This document shows positions 22,398-33,207 of a stretch of 33,851 nt of DNA, piece by piece. Origin of the DNA: Chiloscyllium plagiosum (Eukaryota); the NCBI RefSeq assembly GCF_004010195.1, contig NC_057755.1, positions 8,869,685 through 8,903,535 on the forward strand, in the 5' to 3' direction. Below the pieces are notes generated by a model. That model saw only the letters and a list, made by a program, of their open reading frames with translations, did no database searches and had not been told where the DNA came from. A program made the translations under genes and the position numbers. The stretch's first letter is position 1. The number at the start of each line of letters is the position of its first letter.

Positions 22398-23127
22398 TGT
22401 CATCATTGGAAAAAGGACAATGTGCATCAGACTGACTATGAAATTCTTCACTGGAGCTGTTAACCTGGGTCAATCAGGGAGCCCTTGTTGACACAGTTAA
22501 ACTGGAAATTGTGTCTGACAAGTGGATGTCTCTCTCCTGCAGTGATGTTCGAGGCCGGGTGTCCTTGAAGAGGGAGCATGCAGTGTCCACCAAAGCTCTC
22601 GATGCCTTTAGGGATAAATTGTCTCTGCTGAGGACAGAGTGCTTTATTTTCCCCTCCAAATTCATTTTGATTTCATCTTTACCCCTCCATTCTAATTCAC
22701 TTTATTTTCATCGTTGGCCTTGCCCTTATTGGGCTTTGATTGTTAATGGTGCCCTGGTCACATGAGTGTTTTTTTCTGGTGCTTGAATTATCACATAAAG
22801 TTCCTGTAGAATGGGATCTATTTTAATGAGTGTTTACACACACACGCACGCGCACACACACACATACACACACACACACACACACACGCACAAAACCATT
22901 GAGACATGGGTACTGTGGTGCAAATATCAGCGCATTGGTCAAGTGCATTGGTCAAGTAGGAGATAAATTAGAGAAAGCAGAAAAGGAAATCAATGGGAAA
23001 AAAAAACAGAAGAGTCTCTTCACTCGAGGCCCTGGCTTTGAGCTGGCTGGTTGGAGCCCATGTACTGTGAACTTGGAAATAAAGGGCGACTTGGTGAATT
23101 GATACCAGCCTCCGTGCAGTTATTTAC
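22398..23127 (+). mobile_element. 3' LTR of the Gypsy element, split by a Tx1 3' fragment
   Basis: 22398-22510 matches the LTR 5' half (gctgttaacctgggtcaatcagggagccct). 23004-23127 matches the 3' half (aaataaagggcgacttggtg...taccagcctc). Confidence 0.8.
22511..23003 (+). mobile_element. Diverged Tx1 3' fragment containing a (CA)n microsatellite (22836-22892)
   Basis: VRGRVSLKREHAVSTKALDAFRDKL aligns with VRAQVSPKKEHVVSTKNLELFRERW of copy B. 3'UTR similarity. Confidence 0.8.
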
Positions 23128-23329
23128 GTGTTAAATGAAAGCATTCCTATGTTATGAATGAGAATTGATCAGAAATCTGAATTGGTGTATAAGAGAACAG
23201 GTACTTGTGTGTCGGCAGATTGAGTCTAAAGAGTTCCACAAGGGAGGAAGCTAAAATTTACAACTGTTTCTGTCAGTTATCTGAGCACAAATTACCGGGT
23301 AAGTTTATTTCCTTTGTGCAATGATGCAG

Positions 23330-23522
23330 GCTTTGGGGCTGGGCCACCATTGATCGCCCATCCTTAGTTACCTCTTGAAGGTGGCTCAGAGCCGCTTCTT
23401 ATCCAAGAGTTGGTAGGCCTACGCACAATACCCTCAGGGAGGGAATTCCCGGATTTTGACCGAGTGACAGTGAAGCAACAGGGATATATTTCGCAGTAGA
23501 AATTGTGAGTGACTTGGAGGAG
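23330..23522 (-). mobile_element. LINE 3'UTR fragment (same family as 25115-25360)
   Basis: Reverse complement resembles ctccaagtcactcac...aaatatatc.ctgtt.cttcactgtcactcggtcaaaatcc.ggaattccctccc. Confidence 0.65.
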
Positions 23523-24321
23523 AGCGTATACGCGAGTGCTGGCACATCAACTCAGAAGCCGTAGCCTGAATCCATTTTTTTTAAACACAAGTATTGGATC
23601 ATTCCATGTCTTGTCTTTGTAATTATAGTTTATTATTTGCCAGTTGAAAAAGTGCATGACATATGTCGTCCACAACAGGATAAAATTAACAGACAATTCA
23701 AAGAGCAAGATGATGGATTTTCTCCAGTTTACCACCTCTGGATCAGTGTTATTCTGTCCATTTCTGTGCACCTGGAGGTGACAGCGGATGTGACTATCTG
23801 TTATAATATTCCTGACAATCAAAATATTGAATACTAAAATTAATGCATTTGGAAGCAATTGTGTAATTATACTGCCAATCCATTCATACACATTCCAAAA
23901 TAATGATGTATAATCGGCTGATATTAAGATGCAAAACCATGATACATTGTCAATAATGAACGAAGGAATACATACAAAATACCAAGTAATTCATTGCAAG
24001 CAGCTGACGACACTCACTATTACAATAACCACAAATGCAGTTGCAATATCTTGCTCTTAGATTCTGGCAACAAACTAATGTAACGCAAAAGCAACTGTGA
24101 ATCAAACTAAAAAATCCAAGGCTGCAGGGAGCAAGGCTCAAGGCATACTAGGAGTGAGGAGTAAGAAATTAACTGGGAAATTAAAAAAAATAATTCATGC
24201 AGTAAGACATTAAGGAGGACAAGAAGGAGATTACCTGTAGACATTGGCAACAAATACCGAGTGATACATTTTGAGAGCCCACAATTGCCCCTATTCTACA
24301 TCTCAATTCCTACTAAATTAA
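23515..24321 (-). pseudogene. Exon 2 of a GPR139/GPR142-like GPCR pseudogene
   Basis: Acceptor ttcttacAG (24323-24322), phase 1. Reads (V)NLVGIEM*NRGNCGLSKCITRYLLPM...CCQNLRARYC...WFC...LLPNALILVFNILIVRNI...DPEVVNWRKSIILLF...FILLW...LLS*CASTRVY. In-frame stops at 24298-24296 and 23549-23547, plus frameshifts. Confidence 0.88.
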
Positions 24322-25114
24322 CTGTAAGAAATATTAAGAAATGCAAACCTCTTCACGATTAGATTCACAACAAAAACGTCAGCATAACATGTTTGCTAAA
24401 TCAGACCAATTGCCTCAGATTAATATATTAAATGAATTACATGATGAATTTTGAGAAGTGACGGTAGAATTATGGATTCAATCAAACCAACATGAAATTA
24501 GGCATGTTGGGAACTATTAGACAAGCAGAGCAAATCAACAAATAAATGAGAATAAGAACCATAAGAAAATGAAATATTTTAATGCAAGTACGTCATGCTA
24601 AAAAAAATCACTGATAGGTTTAGCAGAATTTTATGCTTACTAAACTGATAATGGAAGAAACAATCAAATCAAACTCATAATACGAGCAAGATACTTTGCA
24701 TCAATGGACCCATTAGAAACTGCGTACATGACCAATCACACAACGATATATATTTTATGAGGTGGAACGGAGATGGTTGAATGTGGGGGCTGAGTTGTTG
24801 GACTGGACTGTCACTGAATTGGGTCCCATGCTTTCCCATGTATGCTAATCACAACTCTGCAGAGACTGTTAATGAGGGGAGGTAAAGCTCAGAGATGGGG
24901 AGGTATAGGAGCATATGAGAATCATTATCAAACTTGGTAAACGTGATACTTCATCAGGCCAGTAACACTGAAATAGTAAGGTGTGATTAGAGCCACTTGA
25001 TTGGGACCACATCCGCAAACATATCCACCTCATCTCGGACAAATTCACCAAAAATTAACAGAAAGCAATAGTCACACCCACAAACACTTCGATACAGAAT
25101 GACGGAGCATCTGA

Positions 25115-25360
25115 TACATGGTAACATCACACGGTGCAAGTTCCTTGAAAACACACATCATCCTGACTTGGAAATACATCACTGTTCCTTCATTGTTGCT
25201 CGGTCACAATCATGGAGCTCTCTGCCCAAGGACGTTGTGGGTAAACCCACAGCAGACAGAGTGCAGCAGTTCAAGAAAGTGCCACCATCTTCTCAAGGGG
25301 CGAACAGGGAAAGGCAATAAATACTGGTCTGCCAGCTCACATCCCACACACGAATGAAAA
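25115..25360 (+). mobile_element. LINE 3'UTR fragment (CR1/L2 group)
   Basis: tgcaagttcc...catcctgacttggaaatacatcactgttccttca...gcagcagttcaagaa...caataaatactgg; homologous to 9465-9800. Confidence 0.7.
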
Positions 25361-25484
25361 AAATGATTAGTCACAATTCAAAATTCATTCGAATATATCA
25401 ATTAGTGTTCAGTTTACTTGTGTCTGCAATGGTAAATTTTGTGGAGTGATATAAAGAGTGGTGTTTGGGGCAGAATGACGAAAT

Positions 25485-25798
25485 GGGCGACACGGTGGCA
25501 CAGTGGTTAGCACTGCTGCCTCACAGCGCCAGAGACCCGGGTTCAATTCCCGCCTCAGGCGACTGACTGCGTGGAGTTTGCACATTCTCCCCGTGTCTGC
25601 GTGGGTTTCCTCCGGGTGTTCCGGTTTCCTACCACATAAGATAGATTTACAGGTTAGGTGAATTGGCCATGCTAAATTGCCTGTAGTGTTAGGTAAGGGG
25701 TAAATGTAGGGGTATGGGTGGGTTGCGTTTCGGCGGGTTGGTGTGGACTTGTTGGGCCGAAGGGCCTGTTTCCACACTGTAAGTAATCTAATGTAATC
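25485..25798 (+). mobile_element. HE1-type tRNA-derived shark SINE, relatively young
   Basis: A box TGGCACAGTGG at 25496-25506, B box GGTTCAATTCC at 25540-25550, CR1-like 3' tail ending taatctaatgtaatc. CpGs retained. Confidence 0.93.
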
Positions 25799-26525
25799 GA
25801 TTCACTCAAAACCCGGAGTCCACTTCCAGCATCGAAGAGTTTATTGATGTTACACCAGAAGCTTCTTCACTGAACAAATGAAAGGAATAAATGTTTATAC
25901 ATTCATTTTATCCCACCAATGCAGATCAACTATATTATTAATTTCTTACATACACACCCAATCTAATTAGTCATGTGACTGTAAGTTCAGTGATGGGCAG
26001 CTTTATAGACAGCCCTTGGTCTTCTATGAAGTCATGGTGTTTCCCAGATGCACCTATCTCTACCTTGGAGCTTTCTCAGTGCTTACTGTATATGACCACA
26101 TTTCAATGCTGCTGAGGTCTACACCTGTATTTCAATCCGGTCTACAATAGTGTGGGATCCCTCCCTTTATGCCATGAGAAGTTTTAGTGTAATCTCTTTA
26201 AAGCTAATTCAGTTTTTTTAAGGTTATGTGCATATATATTCAATCTCTGTGACTGATTCAAAACATTTAACGGTGAACATCTGGAAATCTCAGCTAATGT
26301 AAATATAATTGTGATGGTTCTCAGACTTTAAAGCAGCTGAGTATGCAACTGTTCTATCAACATACTCAAGGTTATCATCATCCAGCTGTTTCTGCACCAA
26401 TTGCAGCTGCATGTCTCTGACAAAACTCTTTGTGTATTAACTTAATATGTTACCTTGGATGTGATCTGTCTGCAAAGCTACAATTGTCACAATTCATGCT
26501 TCACTTTAAAACGATATCAAACAAG

Positions 26526-27334
26526 TGTTATGAAGTTGAAAGCATGTACTAAACCTTTAAGAGAGAGGAAATACTGAACTGAACTTAGAGATAGCAAGCA
26601 ACTGTGTATGTGATTAATGGCAGTCCCGGAATGTACTGGAAAATTGAAAGTATGTAAGATTTGACTGTGAAATGAATAATTGAGTTTGATTGCTGTTTTC
26701 AGAACAAATAAAATTTAATCATTCGTTTTAAATTGTGCCAAGGATACTAAAACCCAAATAAGTTTGAATGTATTGTTTTGCCAAAATCAAAACAATGAGG
26801 CCAATGAGGTGGTCCAATGTCAGGTAATGTAAAAATGTGGACATTTTGAACATTTGTCGAAAGATAAACTCCTGGAGATCTAATTGCCCATCTAATATCT
26901 TGCTCGCAAACGGATTAGAAAACATTCTCTTTCATTGGGGCAATATCGGGTGAAACATACCCGCCATTAAAAAGAAAGAGGATGACCGAGAGAGAACAGC
27001 AGCCAGAAGAGTGAAGACATAGAAGAGGACAGAGACTGTTTGATTTGAAATTAAGTTTATGTAATCTTAATAAGTGTCTTACTATAAGACCATGTTGTTA
27101 TAGGGATGGAGGCAGATCATAAGCAGTTAAGTGAAAGGAGTGTTCAGAATTGTAAATAGATTTTTTTGTTTACTGTTCATTTTAGCGTAAGAAAATAATT
27201 CGATGTTATTTTCTTGAAACGCTGGATTCTTGGAGTTCTTGGTCATAGATATTTTAACATATTATTGGGCAAGGCGAACTTTTTATGTGTGATTGGTTGA
27301 ATTCTCAGTGGGGTTCGACCTCCGTGTCGTAACA
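26526..27334 (+). mobile_element. Solo LTR, 809 bp (Gypsy-type)
   Basis: Terminal inverted repeats TGTTATGA...TCGTAACA and a 4-bp TSD CAAG (26522-26525, 27335-27338). Strand is tentative. Confidence 0.8.
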
Positions 27335-27377
27335 CAAGCTATTTCTTAGTCTACTGCAAACCATTTTAGTCCATCTT

Positions 27378-27528
27378 GATAGCGATATGGACGTGGTCAG
27401 CCAGGGTTACCTGACTGGGGCTGTTAACCTCCTGTTAAACAGGAGGGTCAGGGCTTCTGTCTACTATGAGAGCTGGCTCCGTCGATGCCAGGCCATGCAA
27501 TGCAAGTAAAAGGTGAATTGGGGATGGG
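27378..27528 (+). mobile_element. Deleted copy of the short Gypsy LTR (paralog of 4454-4687), empty Tx1 target
   Basis: ctgactggggctgttaacct...taaacaggagggtcagggcttctg; target motif at 27436-27451. Confidence 0.68.
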
Positions 27529-27599
27529 TCCGTGATCCAATTGCTGGTGTTCACGATGTCCTGTTGTGAAACATCTAAAGTTTGATGTTGCTTTTCAAA

Positions 27600-28508
27600 C
27601 ATAGAGTCATACAGCACAGAAACAGCATCTTCATTCCAACATGGCCATGCCAACCAGGTTATCCAAATTGATGTAGTCCCATCTTCCTACATATGGACCA
27701 TTTCTCTCCAAACCTTTCCTGTCCGTGCACCTAGGCAAATGCATTTTAAATATTGCAAGTGTATGTGCATCTATCACATTGCCTGACAGTTCATTCCACA
27801 CTCTAACCACAGTCTATGTGAAAAACCTGCCGCTTCGGTCGGTTTTAAATCTTTCTTCTTTCCCTTTAAAATTATGGTCTCCCACCTCGATCCCCCCTCC
27901 CCCACACTTAGAGAAAATACCATCATTTTTTGCCTTACCATTTGTCTTCAGGATTTTATAAGCTCTCTAAGGTATCCCTCAGTCTCTAACACTGCAGAGA
28001 AAGTAGCCCCAGACTATTCAGCCTATCGTTATAACTCAAACTCTCCACACCTGGCAACATCCTGACATTTTTTAACTGAAACCTCGCGAATCTCATACGA
28101 TCCTTTCGATAGCAAGTGACCAAGACTATAGTCAGTGTTCCAACACTGGAGTCACCAATGTCCCGTACAACCACAACATGACAACTGAACACCTGTGCAT
28201 CGTGATCTGAGCTATGAAGCATGCTAAATCCCTTCTTTACCAGCCTGATTACCTGTGATGTACTATGAGAACAACTATGTAACTGAACCCTGAGATCCTC
28301 CATTTGACAGCACTACCCCGGACCCTTCCATGAACTAAAAAGTCCTGCCCTTATTCATTTAACCAAAAGGTAGCACCTCTCATTTAGTTAAATTGAGTTG
28401 CATTTACCACTCCTCAGCCAAGTGACCCAATCCATCTAATCTTCGAGAATCTTCACAGTCTGCTGTAGCACCAATGTTGGTGCCACCTGCAAACTTACTA
28501 ACCATGCA
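27600..28508 (-). mobile_element. Old CR1 3' portion (paralog of 5170-6289)
   Basis: RMLPGVESLSYNDRLNSLGLLSL; collinear with unit 1. Confidence 0.82.
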
Positions 28509-28511
28509 TCA

Positions 28512-29790
28512 CACAGAACGTAGAACAATACAGCACACAACAGGCCCTTCAGCCCTCGATGTTGCACCGAGTTGTGAATTAATCTCAGTCCATCCCCCTG
28601 CACTATCTCATCATCATCCATGTGCTTATCCAAGGATCATTTAAATCTCCCAAATGTGGCTGGGTTACCACATTGGCAGGTAGGGCATTCCACAGCCTTA
28701 CCATTTTCTGAGTGAAGAACCTGCCTATGACATCTGTCTTAAATCTATCAACCCTCAGTTTGTAGGTATGTCCTCCCATACAAGCTGATGTCATGATCGT
28801 AATGAAAAAGGCTTTCACTGTCTATCTTATCTAATCCTCTGATCACCCTGTATGACTCTCTTAAATCGCCTTTTAGCCTTCTTGTCTCCAATGAGAACAG
28901 ACCCGAGTCCCGTAGCTTTTCCTCATAAGACCTTCGCTCCAGACCAGGAAACATCCTAGAAAATCTCGTCTGCACCTTTTCCAATGCTTCCACATCCTTC
29001 CCATAATTGGGCGATGAGAACTGAACGCAAAATTCCAAGTGCGACCACATTAGCGTTTTACATAGTTGCAGCATGATTTACAGCTCCGGAACTCAATCCC
29101 TCTACCAATAAAATGTAACACACCGTATGGCTTCTTAATAGTATTATCAACCTGGGTAACAACTTTCAGGGATCTATGTACGTGGAGAGAGGATCCTTCT
29201 GCACTTTCAGACGACCAGGAATCTTTCCATTGATCCAGTATTCTGCCTTCCTGTATTCTTCCCAAAGAGAATCACCTCACATTTATCTGCATTGAACTCC
29301 ACTTGCCATCTCTCAGATCAATTCTGCAGTCCATCCAAGGACCCCTGCAATTTGCAACATTCTTCCACACTGTCCACTACTCCACCGACATTAGTGTCAT
29401 TTGCAAACTTACTAACACATCCATCTAAGCCTGCGTCCAAATCATTTATAAAAATGACAAACAGCAGTGGTCCCAAAGCAGGTCCCCTGCGGCACACCAT
29501 TAGTAACTGGACTCCAGGCTGAATATTTTCCATAAACCACCACTCGCTGACTTCCTCCTGAAAGCCAGTTTCTAATCCAAACTGCTAAATCACCCTCAAT
29601 CCCATGCCTCCGCATTTTCTCCAACAGCCTACCATGTGGAACCTTTTCAAAGGCTTTGCTGAAGTCCTTGTACACGACTCCAACTATCCTACCCTCATCC
29701 ACATGCTTTTTCACATTCTCAAAAAGCTCAATGAGGTTTGTGAGACATGACCTGCCCTTGACGAAACCATGTTGACTATCTGCATTCAAG
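28512..29790 (-). mobile_element. 5'-truncated CR1/HER1 LINE with RT domain, unit-2 specific
   Basis: DSQHGFVKGRSCLTNL, DFSKAFEKVPH, GVPQG, LGPLLFVIFINDLD, SKFANDT, ALEKVQTRFSRMFPGL. Frameshifted. Confidence 0.92.
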
Positions 29791-30271
29791 TTTTTACTTA
29801 TGATTCTTCTTATTAATAGTGCAATAAGAAGAAGGAGAATCAACGTTTCACAGAATAGCCCTTCATCAGGAGTTCAGTTCATTCAAGCTCAAAACAGATA
29901 GACCCAGTGTCAGCAGTAACTTTTTTGGCAGAACACGTTGCTGCTAATCTGATGGTTCGGAATTGAAATTACTTCGCGTTGCTGTGTTTTATAATGTGCG
30001 ACAATATTTTACGTCTCTTGCGAATCATTCCCCTTTGAAAAACAATCAAAAAAGTTGGATATAGGATCACTCAATATTAACAATTGTTGGACAGTTATTG
30101 CAATTATCACAAAATGATAAACGCATTGTGAACTATGTGGAATAAGTAACCAACTCACAGACGGAATATAAGTGAAAGTTTCATGTACTCGTTAGTTTCA
30201 TGTACTCATTGGCTTCATATAACATTTCTTTCAAATAATCATGTGAACACATTTAACACGTTATACAACAT

Positions 30272-30787
30272 ATCGTGAGCAGTTTTGGAGCCCGTATCTA
30301 CGGAAGGATGTGTTGAACTTGAACGTGGTTCAAAGGAGGTTCACAAGAATGATCCTGGGGATGAAGAGTTTGTCATATAAGGAGTAGCTGAAGACTCTGG
30401 ATCTGCATACAGTGGAGATTACAAATTTGAAAGGGAATCTGATTCAAACTTACAGTCCGCAGAGAGACCTGAAGGGGGTGGACATGGAGAAGGCGTTTCC
30501 ATTCGTAGGACAGAGCAGGATCGAAGAGCACGGCCATAGGATGAGGGGACAAGCCTTCAGAACTGAGATGAGGAGACATTTTTTCAGCATAGTATGGTAA
30601 ATCTGTGGAAGTCATCGTCACAGGAAGGCTGGGAGAAATAAATATTGTTGATGTATGAGGGAATCTAGGGATAAAGGAAGAATGCAGGAGAATGAGTGTT
30701 AGGAATCATATCAGCCACAATTGAATGTCAGAGCAGATTTGCCGAGCTATGTAGTCTCATTATGCTTCTATATCTTATGATCTTATG
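30272..30787 (+). mobile_element. CR1 3' end (paralog of 8246-8768)
   Basis: QFWSPYLRKDVLNLNVVQRRFTRMILGMKSLSY; tcttatga tail. Confidence 0.85.
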
Positions 30788-30894
30788 GACAAGTAATAAA
30801 CAATATGTGATGCGCACAAGTGTCAAGCAATTATCATCTTCAAAAAAAGAGATTCTAACCATCGCCCTTTGATATTTGTTAACATTTCCATCAT

Positions 30895-31800
30895 GCAATC
30901 CACCACTATCCACATCCTGGGGATTACCAAGGACCCAAACCAGCCCTTGCTTAGCCATATAAGCATTGTTACAAAAGAGCACGACATAATCTGCTGCGAA
31001 ACAGTCACCTCCTGTATTCCCGAAGTCTGATCACCACCTACAAGACACAAGTCAGGAGTGTGATGGAATACTCCCCACTTGTCTGGATGGGTACAGCTCC
31101 AACAACACTGAGGAAGCTCGAAACCACCCAGGACCTCGGAAAATTCTGACGAAGATTCATAACAGACTTGAAAACTTAACTTTTCTTTCTGTCTCCACAT
31201 AAACTGACAGAGCTGCCAAGTATATATCCAACATTTTATTTGATTGCCAGATATTCAGCATCTGCTGCAGTTTGCCTTTATTCCAGGATATATCAGCCCA
31301 CGTGATTGCAACCAAATCCACAAACCTTCAGTCTGTCCCCCTCACCCCCTCACCTACTCAATTACAGCAGGGTGTATCATCTACAAGACACATGGCTGCA
31401 GCTCACTGAGGTTCCTCAGACAGCTCCCTCTCACCCTCACAGCCGCTACTGTCTAGAAGCAGCAGATGGATGGGAATGACACCAATTGCAACTTGTCTTC
31501 AAGACACTCAACTTCCTGGCTAGGAAACAAACCACCTTTGCATTAGTGTTGCTGGATCGGTTAAAACTTGTTTAGACTGCTTCATGGATAGGAAAGGTTA
31601 GGTCGATATGGGCTAAATAGAGGCAAATGGATTAGTTGAATTCAGGAAAACTGATTCGCATGGATGAGTTGAATCGAAGCGTCTGTTTTCGTGTTGTATG
31701 TCTATGTGGGTGCTCTTCCACCAAACGGTCTACACTGGTTTGACAAGGCAGCTCACCACCACATTCTGAAGTGTCACTCGGGATGGGGAGTAAATGCTGA
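30895..31800 (+). mobile_element. Old LINE 3' portion with nested fragments (paralog of 8875-9800)
   Basis: YKTQVRSVMEYSPLVW motif; collinear with unit 1. Confidence 0.7.
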
Positions 31801-32187
31801 CACTGCCTACTCTGTATTGGAACTAAATTTTCTGCAAAATATTTATAAATAAACCTGCTTAAGCAGACGGAAGGAAACAACACTGAACTACTAGTGAAAC
31901 CACTAGGAACGCATAGATTGGAAATAACCAAAGCCATTTTAAAATTTGTAAAATTTTAATAAAGAATGAGGGAGTTAATTAGGTTGTACACAAACATAAA
32001 ATCCACAAGAACTGCAGATACTGTAAATCACAAACAAAATAAAAGTTGCTGGAAAAGTTCTATGGAAGTGTTACCAGATGTGCGATGTTGTTTCTGATTT
32101 CTCTTGCCAGATGCTACCAGACCTGCTGAGCTGTTCCAGCACATTTTGTTTTTGCTTATGCAAACATAGCTGGATTTAATGACTTAT

Positions 32188-32257
32188 CAATAATGCCAAC
32201 AGATGCAAGTATCGGGCAGTATATATGTGCTATCTGTAAGATTGCTGAGTATTCCAT
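32188..32257 (-). pseudogene. Exon 1 of the GPR139/GPR142-like GPCR pseudogene (pairs with exon 2 at 24321)
   Basis: 70 nt, MEYSAILQIAHIYCPILASVGII+G. Donor reads ATAAGTC (32187-32181) instead of GTAAGTC. Confidence 0.82.
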
Positions 32258-33125
32258 TCTGACAAGTCAGGTCTCTCTGTTTTTGTGGAGTCAATGCTTC
32301 TGTCCACCAAAATATAATAATATTGTCAATACATCCTCATTTTGTTTGGAAACAAAGCGTCCAGTGAGAAATTGAATCTTTTTAAATCACCAATTGCATT
32401 ATTTGCAGTAATTTGAACAAGCAGGAAATTAACTGCTTCCCTCTGAGAATTATTGCAGAATATTTGTTTTTTTAAATAAATGCCATTAATTTCTCGAGAA
32501 TTTTGATTTGATTTGATTGTCATGTGTGCTCAAGTACAGAAGTGCATGAGTACAGTGAAAAATGCACCATGTCGCCATTTCTGGCTCCATCTTAGCTACA
32601 AAGGTACCTCATACAAAATCTTATGTACAGGGTCGAAAAATAAATTGAAAAGTTAAAGGATTAATTTTGAAATATTTCTGGAAGACAGAACAAAACATTC
32701 CACTTTGCACTGAACGTATTCTGTACCGTGCTGAGATTCATAGTTTTCCTTTATGATAGTCTTCTAAGTCGACAAAACAATGGGACAGGTTTTCCAGTGA
32801 GTGGGAATCCCACAGAGATTGATATACGTGCCCTTTTCTTTCTGATGAAAGAACAGCATTCTGTATTTCTGAGTGGAGATTCCATTCAGGGTTACACTCA
32901 GGAATATGGAAACGTACTTCCATCCTGACAGATATCTACTGGCTAGAACTGTCTTGCAATGCGTAATGTCAGTGTGAATTGATAGTGCAATAAGAAGAAG
33001 GTGCTCGGTGGGGAATGATGAAGGGCATCAATTCAACCGGGTGCAAGCTGGTTGAAGTGCCAATGTTCCAGGTATGTAGGGTGATGACTGGTAAGGAGTT
33101 TGAATGCCAACTGGGATGTGAGTGG

Positions 33126-33207
33126 TGTAGTAATTTAGTTCCCTGACTGAGGCTGTTGACCTCGTCCAATCGGAAAGCCCTGGCAGAGAGATAGAAACAG
33201 GAGTGTC
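33126..33207 (+). mobile_element. 5' part of the short Gypsy LTR, ending at a Tx1 insertion
   Basis: TGTAGTAAT...ctgactgaggctgttgacctcgtccaatcggaaagccctggcagagagatagaaacaggagtgtc. Confidence 0.78.

Larger units (their letters stand above)
26016..33207. repeat. Segmental duplication unit 2 (paralogous to 2242-13816)
   Basis: See unit 1. Differs by unit-specific insertions and deletions. Confidence 0.9.

Noticed and set aside
22830..23102. His/Thr-rich 90-aa ORF
   Set aside because: It is the translation of a (CA)n microsatellite plus Tx1 tail and LTR.
23547..23891. Standalone 114-aa membrane protein
   Set aside because: It is the TM5-TM7 piece of the disrupted GPCR exon 2.
25485..25560. tRNA gene (also about 790-860 on the minus strand)
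   Set aside because: The A and B boxes belong to SINE heads that continue into the SINE body and CR1-like tail.
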